64,000 nt of DNA from an uncultured Gemmatimonadaceae bacterium (GTDB lineage Bacteria > Gemmatimonadota > Gemmatimonadetes > Gemmatimonadales > Gemmatimonadaceae): assembly GCA_963829055.1 (NCBI GenBank), contig CAWHHI010000016.1, positions 288,001-352,000 of the forward strand. The letters run 5' to 3'. Made by a program: the position numbers and the translations under genes. The notes beneath the pieces are model-generated. The model was given only the letters and a program-made list of their open reading frames with translations, had not been told where the DNA came from and did no database searches. Numbering within the stretch: position 1 is the first letter of the stretch; the number at the start of each line of letters is the position of its first letter. Positions 1-10,680 of this stretch are shown here, one piece after another.

Positions 1-1
1 C

Positions 2-526
2 GTGTTAGGCGCGCTGGCGGAGCAGCGCGAGCTCGATCTCGAGCTCGACATCTATGGGGTGGCCCAGGATGTTGAAGGCGTTCGATACCGCGAGGAGCTC
101 GTCGCACTCGCGTCCGGTGATCCGCGCGTGCGCGTCTGCGAGCCGCTCGACAGCGACCGCGTGGTGGACACGCTGGCTGGTTACGATGCCACGGTCGTTC
201 CGTCGCAGTGGCTGGAGACCGGCCCGCTCACGGTCCTCGAGTCATTCGCGGCTGGCGTCCCCGTAGTCGGCTCCAACCTTGGTGGAATCGCGGAGCTGGT
301 GGGGCACGATCGAAATGGGTGGCTGGTGCCACACGCGGACATCAAGGCGTGGGGAGCCGCACTGGCACAGCTCACGAGCCATCGCGGTTTCGTGGATCGC
401 CTGCGTGCGGGTGTGCGGCCCCCGCGGTCTACGGATGACGTCGCGCGCGACATGCTCTCCGTGTACGAGGCGATCGTTCCGCGGCGGACGCATCAACGCG
501 TGAGTATTCCGGTCGGGGTGGCGTGA
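2..526 (+). CDS. Glycosyltransferase family 4 (5'-partial)
   Basis: GT-B C-terminal motif VVPSQWLETGPLTVLESFAAGVPVVGSNLGGIAELV; frame open at window edge. Confidence 0.9.
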   Translation: MLGALAEQRELDLELDIYGVAQDVEGVRYREELVALASGDPRVRVCEPLDSDRVVDTLAGYDATVVPSQWLETGPLTVLESFAAGVPVVGSNLGGIAELVGHDRNGWLVPHADIKAWGAALAQLTSHRGFVDRLRAGVRPPRSTDDVARDMLSVYEAIVPRRTHQRVSIPVGVA

Positions 527-1722
527 TGCGCGTGCTCTACGTGCAGTACACGAACCCCGGCGCATATCCACCGCTCGTTCGCGGGGCGCGACTGCTTGCG
601 GAGTCGGGTGCCGAGGTCATGATGCTCGGGACGCGTGTGCGAGGGCTCGATGCGCTCGACGCGCTGCCAATTCCCGGCGTGAATTTCAGGCTCATGGCGG
701 CGGCGTCCGAGGGGTGGCGCCTCAAGGCGCACTACGCTCGTTATGCGGCGTGGGTCGCTCGCGACGGCACGGCCTTCAGGCCGGACTGGATCTACGCGTC
801 CGACCTGCTCTCGGCGCCCATCGCGCGCGCCATCGCGGCGCTGAGCGGCGCACGCATCGTCTACCACGAGCACGACGCGCCGGCGATCGGACACGAGAGC
901 TGGACGATCAAGCGCTGCCTGGAGGCGCGTCAATGGCTGCTGAGACAGGCCGACATCGTCGTCACGCCTAACGCCGAGCGATCGGCGCATCTGTCGAAGG
1001 CGAGCGGCGGCCGCTCGGTCATCACGGTGTGGAATTGCCCGCTGCGCCCGACCGATGCACCGATCCGAGTGCTCAGGAACGAAGGGCTCTGCGTGCTGTT
1101 TCGTGGATCGATCAACAGCGAGCGGTTGCCGCTGACGGTGATCGAGGCGCTGGCGTGTGTCGGCGACGGGACGAGCCTCAACATTGCGGGGTACGAAACC
1201 GTCGGCTCGCGCGGGCACGTCGTCGATCTCGTCACGAGGGCGGAGCGCCTTGGGATCCGCGAGCGCGTCCGCGTGCTCGGCACGATTACCGAGGCGGCTC
1301 TCGCCACGGTTGGGGCGCAGTGTGACGTGGGGCTCGCGTTCATGCCAATGTCGTCGAGCGACGAGAACATGCGTCACATGACCGGCGCGTCGAACAAGGT
1401 GTTCGAGTACCTGTCGCACGGTATCGCGCCGCTCGTGAGCAATCTTCCGGACTGGCGCGCGACGTTCGTCGACCCGGGCTACGCGCTCGAGTGCGATCCG
1501 ACGGACAGCGAGTCGATCGCCGGCGCGCTCGCGTGGGCGGCACAGCACCGGGATGCCGTGCAGGAGATTGCCTCACGCGGGTGGGAGAGGCTCCAGGTGG
1601 ACTGGAACTACGAGTCGCAGTTCGAGCCGGTGCTGCGCGCGATGTGGACATCGCGCCGAGAAACAGTAGCCGCCGCGTCGGGCCCGGCCGATGACGAAGC
1701 AGGGGTGCCATGCGCGTCCTGA
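526..1722 (+). CDS. Glycosyltransferase family 4
   Basis: MRVLYVQY start coupled to the upstream stop (TGATG); SNKVFEYLSHGIAPLVSN motif. Confidence 0.85.
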   Translation: MRVLYVQYTNPGAYPPLVRGARLLAESGAEVMMLGTRVRGLDALDALPIPGVNFRLMAAASEGWRLKAHYARYAAWVARDGTAFRPDWIYASDLLSAPIARAIAALSGARIVYHEHDAPAIGHESWTIKRCLEARQWLLRQADIVVTPNAERSAHLSKASGGRSVITVWNCPLRPTDAPIRVLRNEGLCVLFRGSINSERLPLTVIEALACVGDGTSLNIAGYETVGSRGHVVDLVTRAERLGIRERVRVLGTITEAALATVGAQCDVGLAFMPMSSSDENMRHMTGASNKVFEYLSHGIAPLVSNLPDWRATFVDPGYALECDPTDSESIAGALAWAAQHRDAVQEIASRGWERLQVDWNYESQFEPVLRAMWTSRRETVAAASGPADDEAGVPCAS

Positions 1723-2738
1723 TCCTCGGCGAAGACGCGCCCGGCGGCCTCATGGCATCGTACGCTCGCGGCTTCACCGAGTGCGGCGCCGACGTGCGCA
1801 CGTTCTGCCTTGCGCGCACGTACGGCGCCGTCATGCCCGCTCTCCCGTCACGCGCGTTGCGGCGCCTGGCTGAGCCCGTGCTGCTTCGCGCGTTCAACGA
1901 GAAAGTGACGCGTGAGGCAGGCGGGATCGTCGCGGATCTCGTGTTCGTGATCAAGGGCCATCGGCTGAGCGCGACAACGATAGATGCCGTACGTGAGTCC
2001 GTCGGCGCGCCTGTCGTCAACTTCTATCCCGACGATCCCTTCTCGAACGAGCGCTCGAATCGCCTGGCGTATGGTCCGGATGTGCTCGCGGCGTACGACG
2101 CGTGCTTCACGTTCGCGCGCCATCTCGTCCCGGCGTACGAGAAGGCGGGAACGCAGTCGGTGCACTACCTGCCATTCGCGCGCGATCCAAAGTTGCACGC
2201 GCCTGTTGCGGAGTCAGGCCCGCCAGCATTCGACGTCGTGTTCGTTGGGAATCTGGATGACGTCCGCGTTAGGTTCCTCGACGCGCTGGCGACGGACTAT
2301 CGTGTGGCCGTGTTCGGCGAGCGGACGACCGCGACCGTGCCGCGATCACGAGCGCTCGCACGCGCGACGTTCGGGCCGGCGGCGTATGGTGCCGACCTCG
2401 CGCGCGCCTTGGCGAGCGGCGCGATCTCGCTCAACGTCATGCGGCGCCAGAACGCGCACAGCCATAACATGCGCTCGTTCGAGTCGCCGGCATGTGGCGC
2501 GTTCACGCTGAGTCAGCGAACTCCGGAGCTGACGGAGCTGTTTGCCGAAGGCGAGGAAGTGGTGTGCTTCGGGACGGAGGACGAGCTGCGTGAGGCCGTC
2601 GCGCGCTGGCGCGCAGATGCGAAGGGGCGTGCTATCGTCGCGCGCGCTGGCTACGAGCGCGTTCGCGACGACACGTACGCTCGGCGCGCCGGCACAATCC
2701 TCGAGCGAGTCGGCCTGGTGACCGCGGTGGCGTCTTGA
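1710..2738 (+). CDS. CgeB-like glycosyltransferase (Glyco_trans_1_2)
   Basis: DVVFVGN, ISLNVMR, HNMRSFESPACGAFTLS, ARAGYERV..DTY motifs. Confidence 0.85.
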   Translation: MRVLILGEDAPGGLMASYARGFTECGADVRTFCLARTYGAVMPALPSRALRRLAEPVLLRAFNEKVTREAGGIVADLVFVIKGHRLSATTIDAVRESVGAPVVNFYPDDPFSNERSNRLAYGPDVLAAYDACFTFARHLVPAYEKAGTQSVHYLPFARDPKLHAPVAESGPPAFDVVFVGNLDDVRVRFLDALATDYRVAVFGERTTATVPRSRALARATFGPAAYGADLARALASGAISLNVMRRQNAHSHNMRSFESPACGAFTLSQRTPELTELFAEGEEVVCFGTEDELREAVARWRADAKGRAIVARAGYERVRDDTYARRAGTILERVGLVTAVAS

Positions 2739-4021
2739 TGGGCGCGACCGATGTGGAACCGACGCGAGCCGCGGTGCGCGCATCGGCCCCGAGGCGGCTC
2801 GCGATCTTCACGTCGCATCCGATTCAGTATCAGGCGCCACTGTTCCGCGCACTCGCCGCGTCCGGTCGTGTCGAGCCCACCGTGTACTTCGGATCGAGAC
2901 ACGGCGTCGATGTGTCGATGGACACCGGGTTCGGCACAGCCTTTCGCTGGGATGTTCCGCTGCTCGAAGGGTACGAGCACCTGTTCCTCCCTAACGCGGC
3001 GGCGAAGCCCAATGTCTCGCGGTTCAACGGCGTCCGCCTCAGGAGCCCGGGCGAAATTCTCGCGGCAGGCCGTCACGACGCGCTGCTCGTGCTTGGATGG
3101 CAGACGCGCGCGCATATACAGATGCTGCGCGCGGCGTGGCGCCTGAACATTCCCGTGATGATCCGCGGTGAATCGACGTTGCAGCGCTCTCCGTCCGCCG
3201 GCGTGCGAGCGTTGGCGCGACGGTTCATGTGGTTGCCGGCGCGGCAGCGCGTCTATCGCGCGGCGTTCGACCGGGTCGACGCGTTCCTCGTCATCGGAAC
3301 TCGGAATCGCGACTACTATCGCGCGTTCGGCGTGCCTGACGAGAAGTTCTTCTGGGCGCCGTACGGCGTGGACAACGACTGGTTCTCACTGTCGGAGCCG
3401 GCACGCGGGTTGGCGCGAGACCGCGTCCGACGGCAACTCGACGTGAGCGATGCGAGCGTCGTATTTGCGAGCTCGGCCAAGCTCATCGCGCGCAAGCGTC
3501 CCTTCGATCTCGTGGACGCCGTCGCGACCGTGCGACGCAGGGGCGTCGACGCCCGGGCACTGTTCATCGGCGATGGCGAAGAGCGTGCGGCGATCGAAGC
3601 GCACGCCCGTAGAGCAGGGATTGCGGAGTTCACTCGGATCGCGGGGTTTGTGAATCAGGCTGAGCTACCGGCGTGGTACGCTGCGGCCGACGCACTTGTA
3701 CTTCCGTCCGATTCGCGCGAGACGTGGGGGCTCGTGGTCAACGAAGCCATGGCGGCCGGGTTGCCGGTCGTCGTCAGTGACGCCGCGGGCTGTTCGGTCG
3801 ACCTCGTCCGCGAAGGCGAGAACGGGTTCACGTATCCGTGTGGCGACGTCTCCGCGTTGGCTGAACGCCTCTTCTCGATCGCATCGCTCACGGGCGACGC
3901 ACGGCGTGCGCTCGGCAACCGCTCGCGCGAGATCGTGTCGCAGTTTGGCATTAGCGTTGCGGCGAAGGCGACGATTGACGCGCTCGATACGGTTAGCGGT
4001 CACAGGAAACCCAAGCGATGA
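2738..4021 (+). CDS. Glycosyltransferase family 4
   Basis: LAIFTSHPIQYQAPLFR N-terminus; ETWGLVVNEAMAAGLPVVVSD motif. Confidence 0.9.
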   Translation: MGATDVEPTRAAVRASAPRRLAIFTSHPIQYQAPLFRALAASGRVEPTVYFGSRHGVDVSMDTGFGTAFRWDVPLLEGYEHLFLPNAAAKPNVSRFNGVRLRSPGEILAAGRHDALLVLGWQTRAHIQMLRAAWRLNIPVMIRGESTLQRSPSAGVRALARRFMWLPARQRVYRAAFDRVDAFLVIGTRNRDYYRAFGVPDEKFFWAPYGVDNDWFSLSEPARGLARDRVRRQLDVSDASVVFASSAKLIARKRPFDLVDAVATVRRRGVDARALFIGDGEERAAIEAHARRAGIAEFTRIAGFVNQAELPAWYAAADALVLPSDSRETWGLVVNEAMAAGLPVVVSDAAGCSVDLVREGENGFTYPCGDVSALAERLFSIASLTGDARRALGNRSREIVSQFGISVAAKATIDALDTVSGHRKPKR

Positions 4022-5523
4022 CCGCCATCCCGACTCAGCCGACACAGCCGCCGAACCCGTCGTCGATCATCGGCCTTCGCCTGCTGCTCATAGCGATCGC
4101 GTTGGTTCCGGTCGGCGCACTCGGGTTGCCATCGGAAGTTCCGCAGGAAGCACGCGTGATTGCGTCGCTCTGCTGGGTGCTGTGCCTGGTACCGTCGTGG
4201 CACTACCTGCGGTTGCCGGAACGTCGGCGACCGCCGGTGCCGTTTCTGCCGCTCATTGGCGCGGTCTACCTGTTCTACTACCCGCTGCACCTCGTCCTGG
4301 GCGCCAGTAGCGTCAATTATCTGTTTCGTCTCGAGCCAGCCTTCGACTACGACCGCCCTGTGCAGTACGTACTAGCTGGCTGGGTAGCGTTGCTGCTTGG
4401 CTACTATGGGGGCTCGTCGCTCCGCCTCCATAGCCCGTTCCGGGCCGTCAAACCCACTGATCTTGGAACACTCCGGTCGTGGGGAAAGCTCCTGCTGTGG
4501 GGAGGACTGTTCGTCGACGTCGTGCGTCAGGTCGTGCCGATCCCGATGGTGCTGCGCGGACTGCTCTACTTCACGTCGATGTTCTCGCTGCTCGGCATCT
4601 CGCTGCTCACCATCCTCGCGGTGCAGCACCGGCTTGGCCATCGAGAGCGGTGGGTGCTCTACGCCGGTATTCTCCTGACCGCCCTCCTCCGTGCGGGATC
4701 AGGGCTCATCTCGAACGTTGTGATCCTCGCGATCACGGTGTTCCTCGCGGTGTGGGCCGGTGGAGGCCGCCTGGGCTTCCGCTGGCTGGTCATCGCCGCG
4801 CTGAGCATGAGCGCGATGGTTGGCATGCGAAGCGTTGCCATGGAATACCGAGCACGGTCGTGGTTCGTGGAGACGCAGTTGTCGCTGCCGGGGAAGGCCA
4901 TGCTCATGGGCAAGCTGCTCGTTGACAAGGTGCAGACCGCGGGCGCCGTCGCGACCGTTCAGGACGGCTGGGGAATCGTCGCAGGCCGATCCGCCAATCT
5001 CGATCTACTCGCCGACGTCGTGCGTCAGACGGGCAGCACCGTTCCGTTCTGGGGCGGCGAGACGTATCTCTCACTCGTCGGATTCGCCATCCCCCGATTT
5101 ATCTGGCCAAGCAAACCAACGAAGACGTTGGGTCAGGACTTTGGGCATCGATACGGCTATCTCGATTCGTGGGACACGTGGACATCGATCAATCTTCCGT
5201 TCCTCGTTGAGTTCTACGCGAACTTTGGTGAGATCGGAGTGCTGATCGGCATGGTCATCGTCGGTGTGTTGTATCGCTTGCTGGACAACGACCTGAATCG
5301 CCCCGGGCAGCCATTGCAGGTCACGATCTGCAGCCTGGTGCTCCTCGTGCCACTGCTGAACATCGAGTCGGACTTCTCGCTCGTGTTCGGCGGGCTGTTC
5401 ATGAACGGTGTCGCGCTGTGGGGGCTGCTCATCGCGCTCTCGCAGTTGCCCGCGCGCCGGCGGCGTCGCTCGTGGCACGGCGGTGGAGCGCGTGCGCTCG
5501 GCACCGTTCCTGGAGGCTCGTGA
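4018..5523 (+). CDS. Polytopic membrane protein, probable Wzy-type polysaccharide polymerase
   Basis: About 10 hydrophobic segments, a large loop with IPRFIWPSKP and EFYANFG motifs, position among glycosyltransferase genes. Confidence 0.7.
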   Translation: MTAIPTQPTQPPNPSSIIGLRLLLIAIALVPVGALGLPSEVPQEARVIASLCWVLCLVPSWHYLRLPERRRPPVPFLPLIGAVYLFYYPLHLVLGASSVNYLFRLEPAFDYDRPVQYVLAGWVALLLGYYGGSSLRLHSPFRAVKPTDLGTLRSWGKLLLWGGLFVDVVRQVVPIPMVLRGLLYFTSMFSLLGISLLTILAVQHRLGHRERWVLYAGILLTALLRAGSGLISNVVILAITVFLAVWAGGGRLGFRWLVIAALSMSAMVGMRSVAMEYRARSWFVETQLSLPGKAMLMGKLLVDKVQTAGAVATVQDGWGIVAGRSANLDLLADVVRQTGSTVPFWGGETYLSLVGFAIPRFIWPSKPTKTLGQDFGHRYGYLDSWDTWTSINLPFLVEFYANFGEIGVLIGMVIVGVLYRLLDNDLNRPGQPLQVTICSLVLLVPLLNIESDFSLVFGGLFMNGVALWGLLIALSQLPARRRRRSWHGGGARALGTVPGGS

Positions 5524-6668
5524 TCAAGTCCGGCGCGCTTCCTCCGACTCTCGCCAGTGCCACCGACGCCGCAGAGGCACTCATCGCGCCCCGCGGAGCA
5601 CTCGCGACCGCGACGCTCGCCCCGGCCGGTGACGGGATCGCCTACGCCGCTCGGCTGATCCATCGGGCGATGTCTGATCTCGGCGGGCGCGAGCCGGCGC
5701 TCGTCGAGCTCGGGACCAACGCCACGGAGCACGTCGCGCTGCGCACGCGCGTGCATTTTTTCGCGAGGCTCGCTCGGCTGCAGAGTCTACGGCAGGTCAA
5801 CTGGCTGCTGTTCACGCACGTCGGCATCGCACGCGCGCAGCTGCGCGTGCCGAAACAGTTCCGTCGTCCGTACGCGGTGATGCTGCACGGCATCGAGGCC
5901 TGGAGCGCGACACTCGATGCCGACCGCCGGAGCGTGCTGCGCGAAGCGAGAGTGCGCATTGCGATCTCGCCGCACACCGCTCGTCGCGTGACGGCGGCGC
6001 ATCCTGACCTGCCGCCGATCGAGACATGTCTCCTTGCGTTGCTGCCGGATGAGGAGCAGCCGGATCGCGTGCCGGCCGACGTGCGCGTGGACTACGGACC
6101 TCACGCCGTCGTGATCGTCGGGCGCATGTCCGCCACCGAGCGTTACAAGGGGCACGATCAGCTCCTGCTCGCGTGGGCGCGAGTGGTCGCGGACGTTCCG
6201 GATGCGTCTCTCGTCATAGTGGGTCGTGGTGACGACGTCGCTCGACTACGCGCAAAGGCGGCCGCGCTCGGACTCGGGCGCAGTGTGAACTTCCCCGGCT
6301 TCCTGCCTGACGCGGCGCTGCGGGCCGTCATGCGGCATGCCGCCGTGTTCGCGATGCCGAGTCGCGGCGAAGGGTTCGGGCTCGTATACCTGCAGGCGAT
6401 GCGCGCGGGAATTCCGTGTCTGGGGTCGCGCGATGACGCCGCGAGCGATGTGATCATCGACGGCGAGACCGGCCTGCTCGTGCCGCGCCAGGATCCGGAG
6501 GCGATCACCGGTGCGCTGATTCGTTTGCTCACCGACGACGGTATGCGACACCGGATGGGAGACGCGGGGCGTCGCCGATTCGAGAACACGTTCACGTACC
6601 CGCGCTTCCGCGCACGCCTCGCGGGAATTCTCTCGCGTGCGTTCCCGACGCCGGGGAAGGACCGCTAA
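5520..6668 (+). CDS. Glycosyltransferase family 4
   Basis: GTG start overlapping the upstream stop; VGRM..ERYKGHD and EGFGLVYLQAMRAGIPC motifs. Confidence 0.88.
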   Translation: MIKSGALPPTLASATDAAEALIAPRGALATATLAPAGDGIAYAARLIHRAMSDLGGREPALVELGTNATEHVALRTRVHFFARLARLQSLRQVNWLLFTHVGIARAQLRVPKQFRRPYAVMLHGIEAWSATLDADRRSVLREARVRIAISPHTARRVTAAHPDLPPIETCLLALLPDEEQPDRVPADVRVDYGPHAVVIVGRMSATERYKGHDQLLLAWARVVADVPDASLVIVGRGDDVARLRAKAAALGLGRSVNFPGFLPDAALRAVMRHAAVFAMPSRGEGFGLVYLQAMRAGIPCLGSRDDAASDVIIDGETGLLVPRQDPEAITGALIRLLTDDGMRHRMGDAGRRRFENTFTYPRFRARLAGILSRAFPTPGKDR

Positions 6669-6669
6669 C

Positions 6670-8565
6670 GTGTGCGGGATCGCGGCGGCACTCGGCGTGC
6701 GCGATGCGGAGCGCGTCATCGCGTCGATGTCGCGCGCGGTCGCGCACCGCGGGCCAGACGATGATGGCCACCAGAACCTGATCGGTCGCGATGGCGGAGT
6801 GCAGGGTGCCATCGCGCATCGCCGACTGTCGATTCTCGACCTGACGTCCGCGGGGCATCAGCCGATGATCTCCGCCAACGGGCGGTACACGATCGCGTTC
6901 AACGGCGAGATCTACAACTTCCGTGGGCTGCGGACGGAGCTGGAGCGAGAGGGCATCAACTTTTCGAGCAATGGCGACACAGCCGTGTTGCTCGAGGGCT
7001 GGGCCCGATTCGGTCCGGAGTTCGTGCGGCTGCTCGAAGGCATGTTCGCGTTCGTACTGTGGGACGAGCACGAGCAGGCGCTCTACGTGGCGCGCGACGC
7101 GTTCGGGATCAAACCGCTCTACTACGCACTCGCCGGAACGGGCTTGCTCGTCGCGAGCGAGGTGCGGGCGATCGTCGCGTCAGGCATCGTGCGCGGGCAG
7201 ATCGATCAGCAGGCGCTGGCGGGCTACCTGACGTTTGGCTCGGTTCCCGAGCCCGCGACGATCGTCGCGGGTGTCCGGGCGGTACCGGCAGGCGCGGTGA
7301 TGCGGTTCGACGTCGAGCACGCGTCGTTCCGCGAGGTCGACCGTCGTGGGCCCATCGCGTGGGACGAGGGGAGAGAGCCGGTGCGCGACCGGGCGACGGC
7401 GGCGAAGCTCGTCCGCGGCGCGCTCGAGCGATCGGTGACACGCCACCTCGTGAGCGATGTGCCTGTCGCCGTGTTTCTGTCCGGGGGACTCGATTCGTCC
7501 GTCGTGGCGGCGCTCGCGGCGCGTCATGCCGGCGCGGGCATCGACGGGTTCACCGTCTCGTTCGCCGAGCGACGCTTCGACGAGAGTGCGGTGGCGAAGC
7601 TTGTGGCCGACCGCCATGGGATCCGCCATCATGTGATCCCGTTAGGCGGCGCCGACCTGCTCGCCGCGCTGCCCTCTGCGTTCTCCGCGATGGACCAGCC
7701 GACGCTCGACGGGATCAACACGTATGTGGTCAGCGCGGCCGTTCGCGCTCACGGCGTCAAAGTCGTGCTCTCCGGCCTCGGCGGCGACGAGCTGTTCGGC
7801 GGCTACCCGAGCTTCCGACGCGCTCGTGCGCTGGCGCGGTATGCTCGCGTGCCCGCGCCCGCGCGGTCGCTCGCGGCACGCGTGGCGGCACGCGTGGGCG
7901 GCGTGCGAGCGGCGAAGGTTGCGATCGGCCTGCGATCGGGCGCACCGGCTCATGCGGCGTACCTGGCCTCTCGCACACTTTTCGGCGAGCGTCAGGTCTT
8001 CGCGTTGTGTGGCGCACGGCCATTGTCGGGCGAGAGCGCGCCTGGCGAGATGAGTCTCCTGCAGCAGGTGTCGTTGCACGAGCTCACGGGATACATGCGG
8101 AACACGCTGCTCCGGGATTCGGATGTGTTCAGCATGGCACATGCGCTCGAGCTTCGCGTCCCATTCATCGATGCGGAAGTCGCCGCCACGGCGTTCGGCG
8201 CGGCGGATAACCTCAAGCTGGCGAGCGGTACGTCCAAACCGTTGCTGGTCGACGCCACGCGGGACTTACTGCCTGACGAGGTCTGGAACCGGCCGAAGCA
8301 GGGTTTCGTGCTACCGTTCGCGGACTGGATGAGTGGTACGCTCGCGGCCGAGGTCGACGCCACGTTAGGTGATCGCGATCGCCTGCGAGCGCTCGGTATC
8401 GCGCCCGAAGCGGCGCGCATGGTGTGGTCCGCGTTCGTCAACCGCCAGGCCGGCGTGACCTGGTCCCGCCCCTGGTCGCTGTACTCGCTCGTACGCTGGG
8501 CGGTCGCCAACGGCATCGAAGACGTCGCGGCGGTCGACGCGCGCGCCGAGGTCGTGGCGACGTGA
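6670..8565 (+). CDS. asnB: Asparagine synthase (glutamine-hydrolysing) family amidotransferase
   Basis: N-terminal M-C-G-I (GTG TGC GGG ATC), HRGPD, FNGEIYN, RDAFGIKPLY, LSGGLDS, SGLGGDELFGGY, RPKQGF. Confidence 0.93.
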   Translation: MCGIAAALGVRDAERVIASMSRAVAHRGPDDDGHQNLIGRDGGVQGAIAHRRLSILDLTSAGHQPMISANGRYTIAFNGEIYNFRGLRTELEREGINFSSNGDTAVLLEGWARFGPEFVRLLEGMFAFVLWDEHEQALYVARDAFGIKPLYYALAGTGLLVASEVRAIVASGIVRGQIDQQALAGYLTFGSVPEPATIVAGVRAVPAGAVMRFDVEHASFREVDRRGPIAWDEGREPVRDRATAAKLVRGALERSVTRHLVSDVPVAVFLSGGLDSSVVAALAARHAGAGIDGFTVSFAERRFDESAVAKLVADRHGIRHHVIPLGGADLLAALPSAFSAMDQPTLDGINTYVVSAAVRAHGVKVVLSGLGGDELFGGYPSFRRARALARYARVPAPARSLAARVAARVGGVRAAKVAIGLRSGAPAHAAYLASRTLFGERQVFALCGARPLSGESAPGEMSLLQQVSLHELTGYMRNTLLRDSDVFSMAHALELRVPFIDAEVAATAFGAADNLKLASGTSKPLLVDATRDLLPDEVWNRPKQGFVLPFADWMSGTLAAEVDATLGDRDRLRALGIAPEAARMVWSAFVNRQAGVTWSRPWSLYSLVRWAVANGIEDVAAVDARAEVVAT

Positions 8566-9734
8566 GAGCGCTGCACGTGATTCCATCCGCCGCCCCGGGC
8601 GACGGCGGGCCGAACCTCGCGGTGCGCGCAATCGCGCGTGGTCTTGTCTCCCGGGGCATTGACGTCACCGTCGCGACGACGAACGCGGACGGCGTGAGGA
8701 CGTTGCCGGTGCCGCTCGAGACTCCCGTCATCGACGAAGGTGTCGTCTATCGCTACTTCGCGCGCACCGTGCCCGGATCGTGGAAGTTCTCGTGGCCGCT
8801 CACTCGCTGGTTGTGGGCGAACGCCGGTGGATACGATGTCGTCCACGTACACGCGCTATTCTCGTACGCGACCATTCCAGGTTGTCGCGCTGCCGCGCAC
8901 GCGCCGGTGCCATACGTTCTTCGACCACTCGGAACGCTGAGCGAGTGGAGTCTCGGCCACCGCCGCTGGAAAAAGAAGCCGTACTACGCGCTGCTCGAAC
9001 GATCCCATCTCGAGATGGCAGCGGCCATTCACGTGACGTCGAATGCCGAAGCTGACGATGTCGCCCGCCTCGGCTACGGCGACCGCGCGCGTGTCATTCC
9101 GCTCGGCGTGACCGTGGACGACAAGCTGTGGATGGGTGCACGGCCCGTCGCCACCGAGCGGCCACTGCGGCTGCTGTTCCTGTCGCGTCTTCACGAGAAG
9201 AAGAACGTTCCTCTGTTGCTGCGCGCTCTCGCCAACGTCAGGAGCTCGGCGCGCGACGTGGAGTTGACGATCGCCGGAGACGGCGATCCGCGCTATCGCG
9301 CCGAGCTGTCCGCACTGACCGCTCAGCTCGGACTGGGCGAGCGCGTACGATTCATCGGCCACGTGGATGGGGAAGAGAAGAGACGGGTGCTCTCCGACGC
9401 CGACTGCTTCGTGTTGCCATCCGCGCACGAGAACTTCGGGATCGCTGTGGCGGAAGCGCTCGCCGCGGGACTGCCCGTAATCGTCACGCCGGGCGTAGCG
9501 CTCGCGCCTAACGTTAGTGACGCCGGCGCGGGACTCGTCGCGGACGCCACGGATGACGCGGTCGCCGCGGCCATCGCGTGGGCGGCGGACCACCCGGCGG
9601 CGCTCGTCGAGATGGGCCAGCGCGCGTGGCGTCTTGCACGGACGGACTTGTCCTGGGAGACCACGTGTGCCCGCCTCTCGGATCTCTACACGGAACTGGC
9701 GATGTCGCGCAAACGTCAGGGTCGTCCGGCGTGA
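8562..9734 (+). CDS. Glycosyltransferase family 4
   Basis: GTGA overlap with asnB; FLSRLHEKK and ENFGIAVAEALAAGLPVI motifs. Confidence 0.9.
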   Translation: MRALHVIPSAAPGDGGPNLAVRAIARGLVSRGIDVTVATTNADGVRTLPVPLETPVIDEGVVYRYFARTVPGSWKFSWPLTRWLWANAGGYDVVHVHALFSYATIPGCRAAAHAPVPYVLRPLGTLSEWSLGHRRWKKKPYYALLERSHLEMAAAIHVTSNAEADDVARLGYGDRARVIPLGVTVDDKLWMGARPVATERPLRLLFLSRLHEKKNVPLLLRALANVRSSARDVELTIAGDGDPRYRAELSALTAQLGLGERVRFIGHVDGEEKRRVLSDADCFVLPSAHENFGIAVAEALAAGLPVIVTPGVALAPNVSDAGAGLVADATDDAVAAAIAWAADHPAALVEMGQRAWRLARTDLSWETTCARLSDLYTELAMSRKRQGRPA

Positions 9735-9820
9735 GCGCGCCCCCGGGTGCCGCGAGCGATACCGTCGCGAACGATCCCGATATTGCCTCCGAGCGCGACT
9801 GAAGCGCGGCGCGTGCGCCC

Positions 9821-10678
9821 GTGTCGGCGATCGTGCTGACCTATAACGAAGAGCGAAACCTCCCCGATTGCCTCGCGTCGCTGGCGGGTTGGGTGGAGCA
9901 GCTGTTCGTCGTCGATTCCGGGAGTACCGACAGGACCGTGGCGATCGCACGCGAGGCTGGCGCCGTCGTCATGGAGCACGCGTTCGAGCACTATGGCGCT
10001 CAGCGGAACTGGGCGATCGATCATCTGCCGATCGCATCGCCGTGGACGCTTCACGTTGACGCCGACGAGCGGATAACGCCGGAGTTGCGGGCGTCCATAA
10101 CGGCTGTGCTCGGCAAGAGCGACGGAAGTGCATCGTCGGTTGCGGGGTACCTCGTATCGCGCCGAACGATGTTCATGGGGCGCTGGATACGGCATGGGGG
10201 CCATTACCCCGCGTGGCACCTGCGGCTCACGCGAACGGGCGCCGGCCGGTGCGAGGACCGCCTCTATGACCAGCATTTCTACGTGTCCGGCGCGGTCCAA
10301 AAGCTGCATGGCGACCTCATCGACACGTTGACGCCTGACGTGGCGACGTTCACCGCGCGGCATTTGCGGTGGGCGGCGCTGGAAGCGGCGGAGCACGATG
10401 CACCCCCGGATGCGCGCGGGCGAATTCGTGGACGGCTGGGGACGGACAACGCCATCGAGCAGCGACGCTGGTTGCGAGATTGGTATGCCCGCTTGCCACT
10501 GTTCGTTCGGCCGACCATCTACTTCCTGTACCGTTATTTCGTTAGGCTCGGCTTCCTGGATGGGCGTGCCGGGCTCGTGTTCCATGTGCTGCAAGGCTTC
10601 TGGTTCCGGTTCCTCGTTGATGCCCTTATCCTCGAGCGCCGGCTTCGCCGGAAGGAGGCAGTGGCATCCAAGGAGTAG
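9821..10678 (+). CDS. Glycosyltransferase family 2
   Basis: IVLTYNEERNLPDCL, VVDSGSTDRT, DADE motifs; possible original start at 9731 is interrupted by an in-frame TGA. Confidence 0.9.
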   Translation: MSAIVLTYNEERNLPDCLASLAGWVEQLFVVDSGSTDRTVAIAREAGAVVMEHAFEHYGAQRNWAIDHLPIASPWTLHVDADERITPELRASITAVLGKSDGSASSVAGYLVSRRTMFMGRWIRHGGHYPAWHLRLTRTGAGRCEDRLYDQHFYVSGAVQKLHGDLIDTLTPDVATFTARHLRWAALEAAEHDAPPDARGRIRGRLGTDNAIEQRRWLRDWYARLPLFVRPTIYFLYRYFVRLGFLDGRAGLVFHVLQGFWFRFLVDALILERRLRRKEAVASKE

Positions 10679-10680
10679 GC

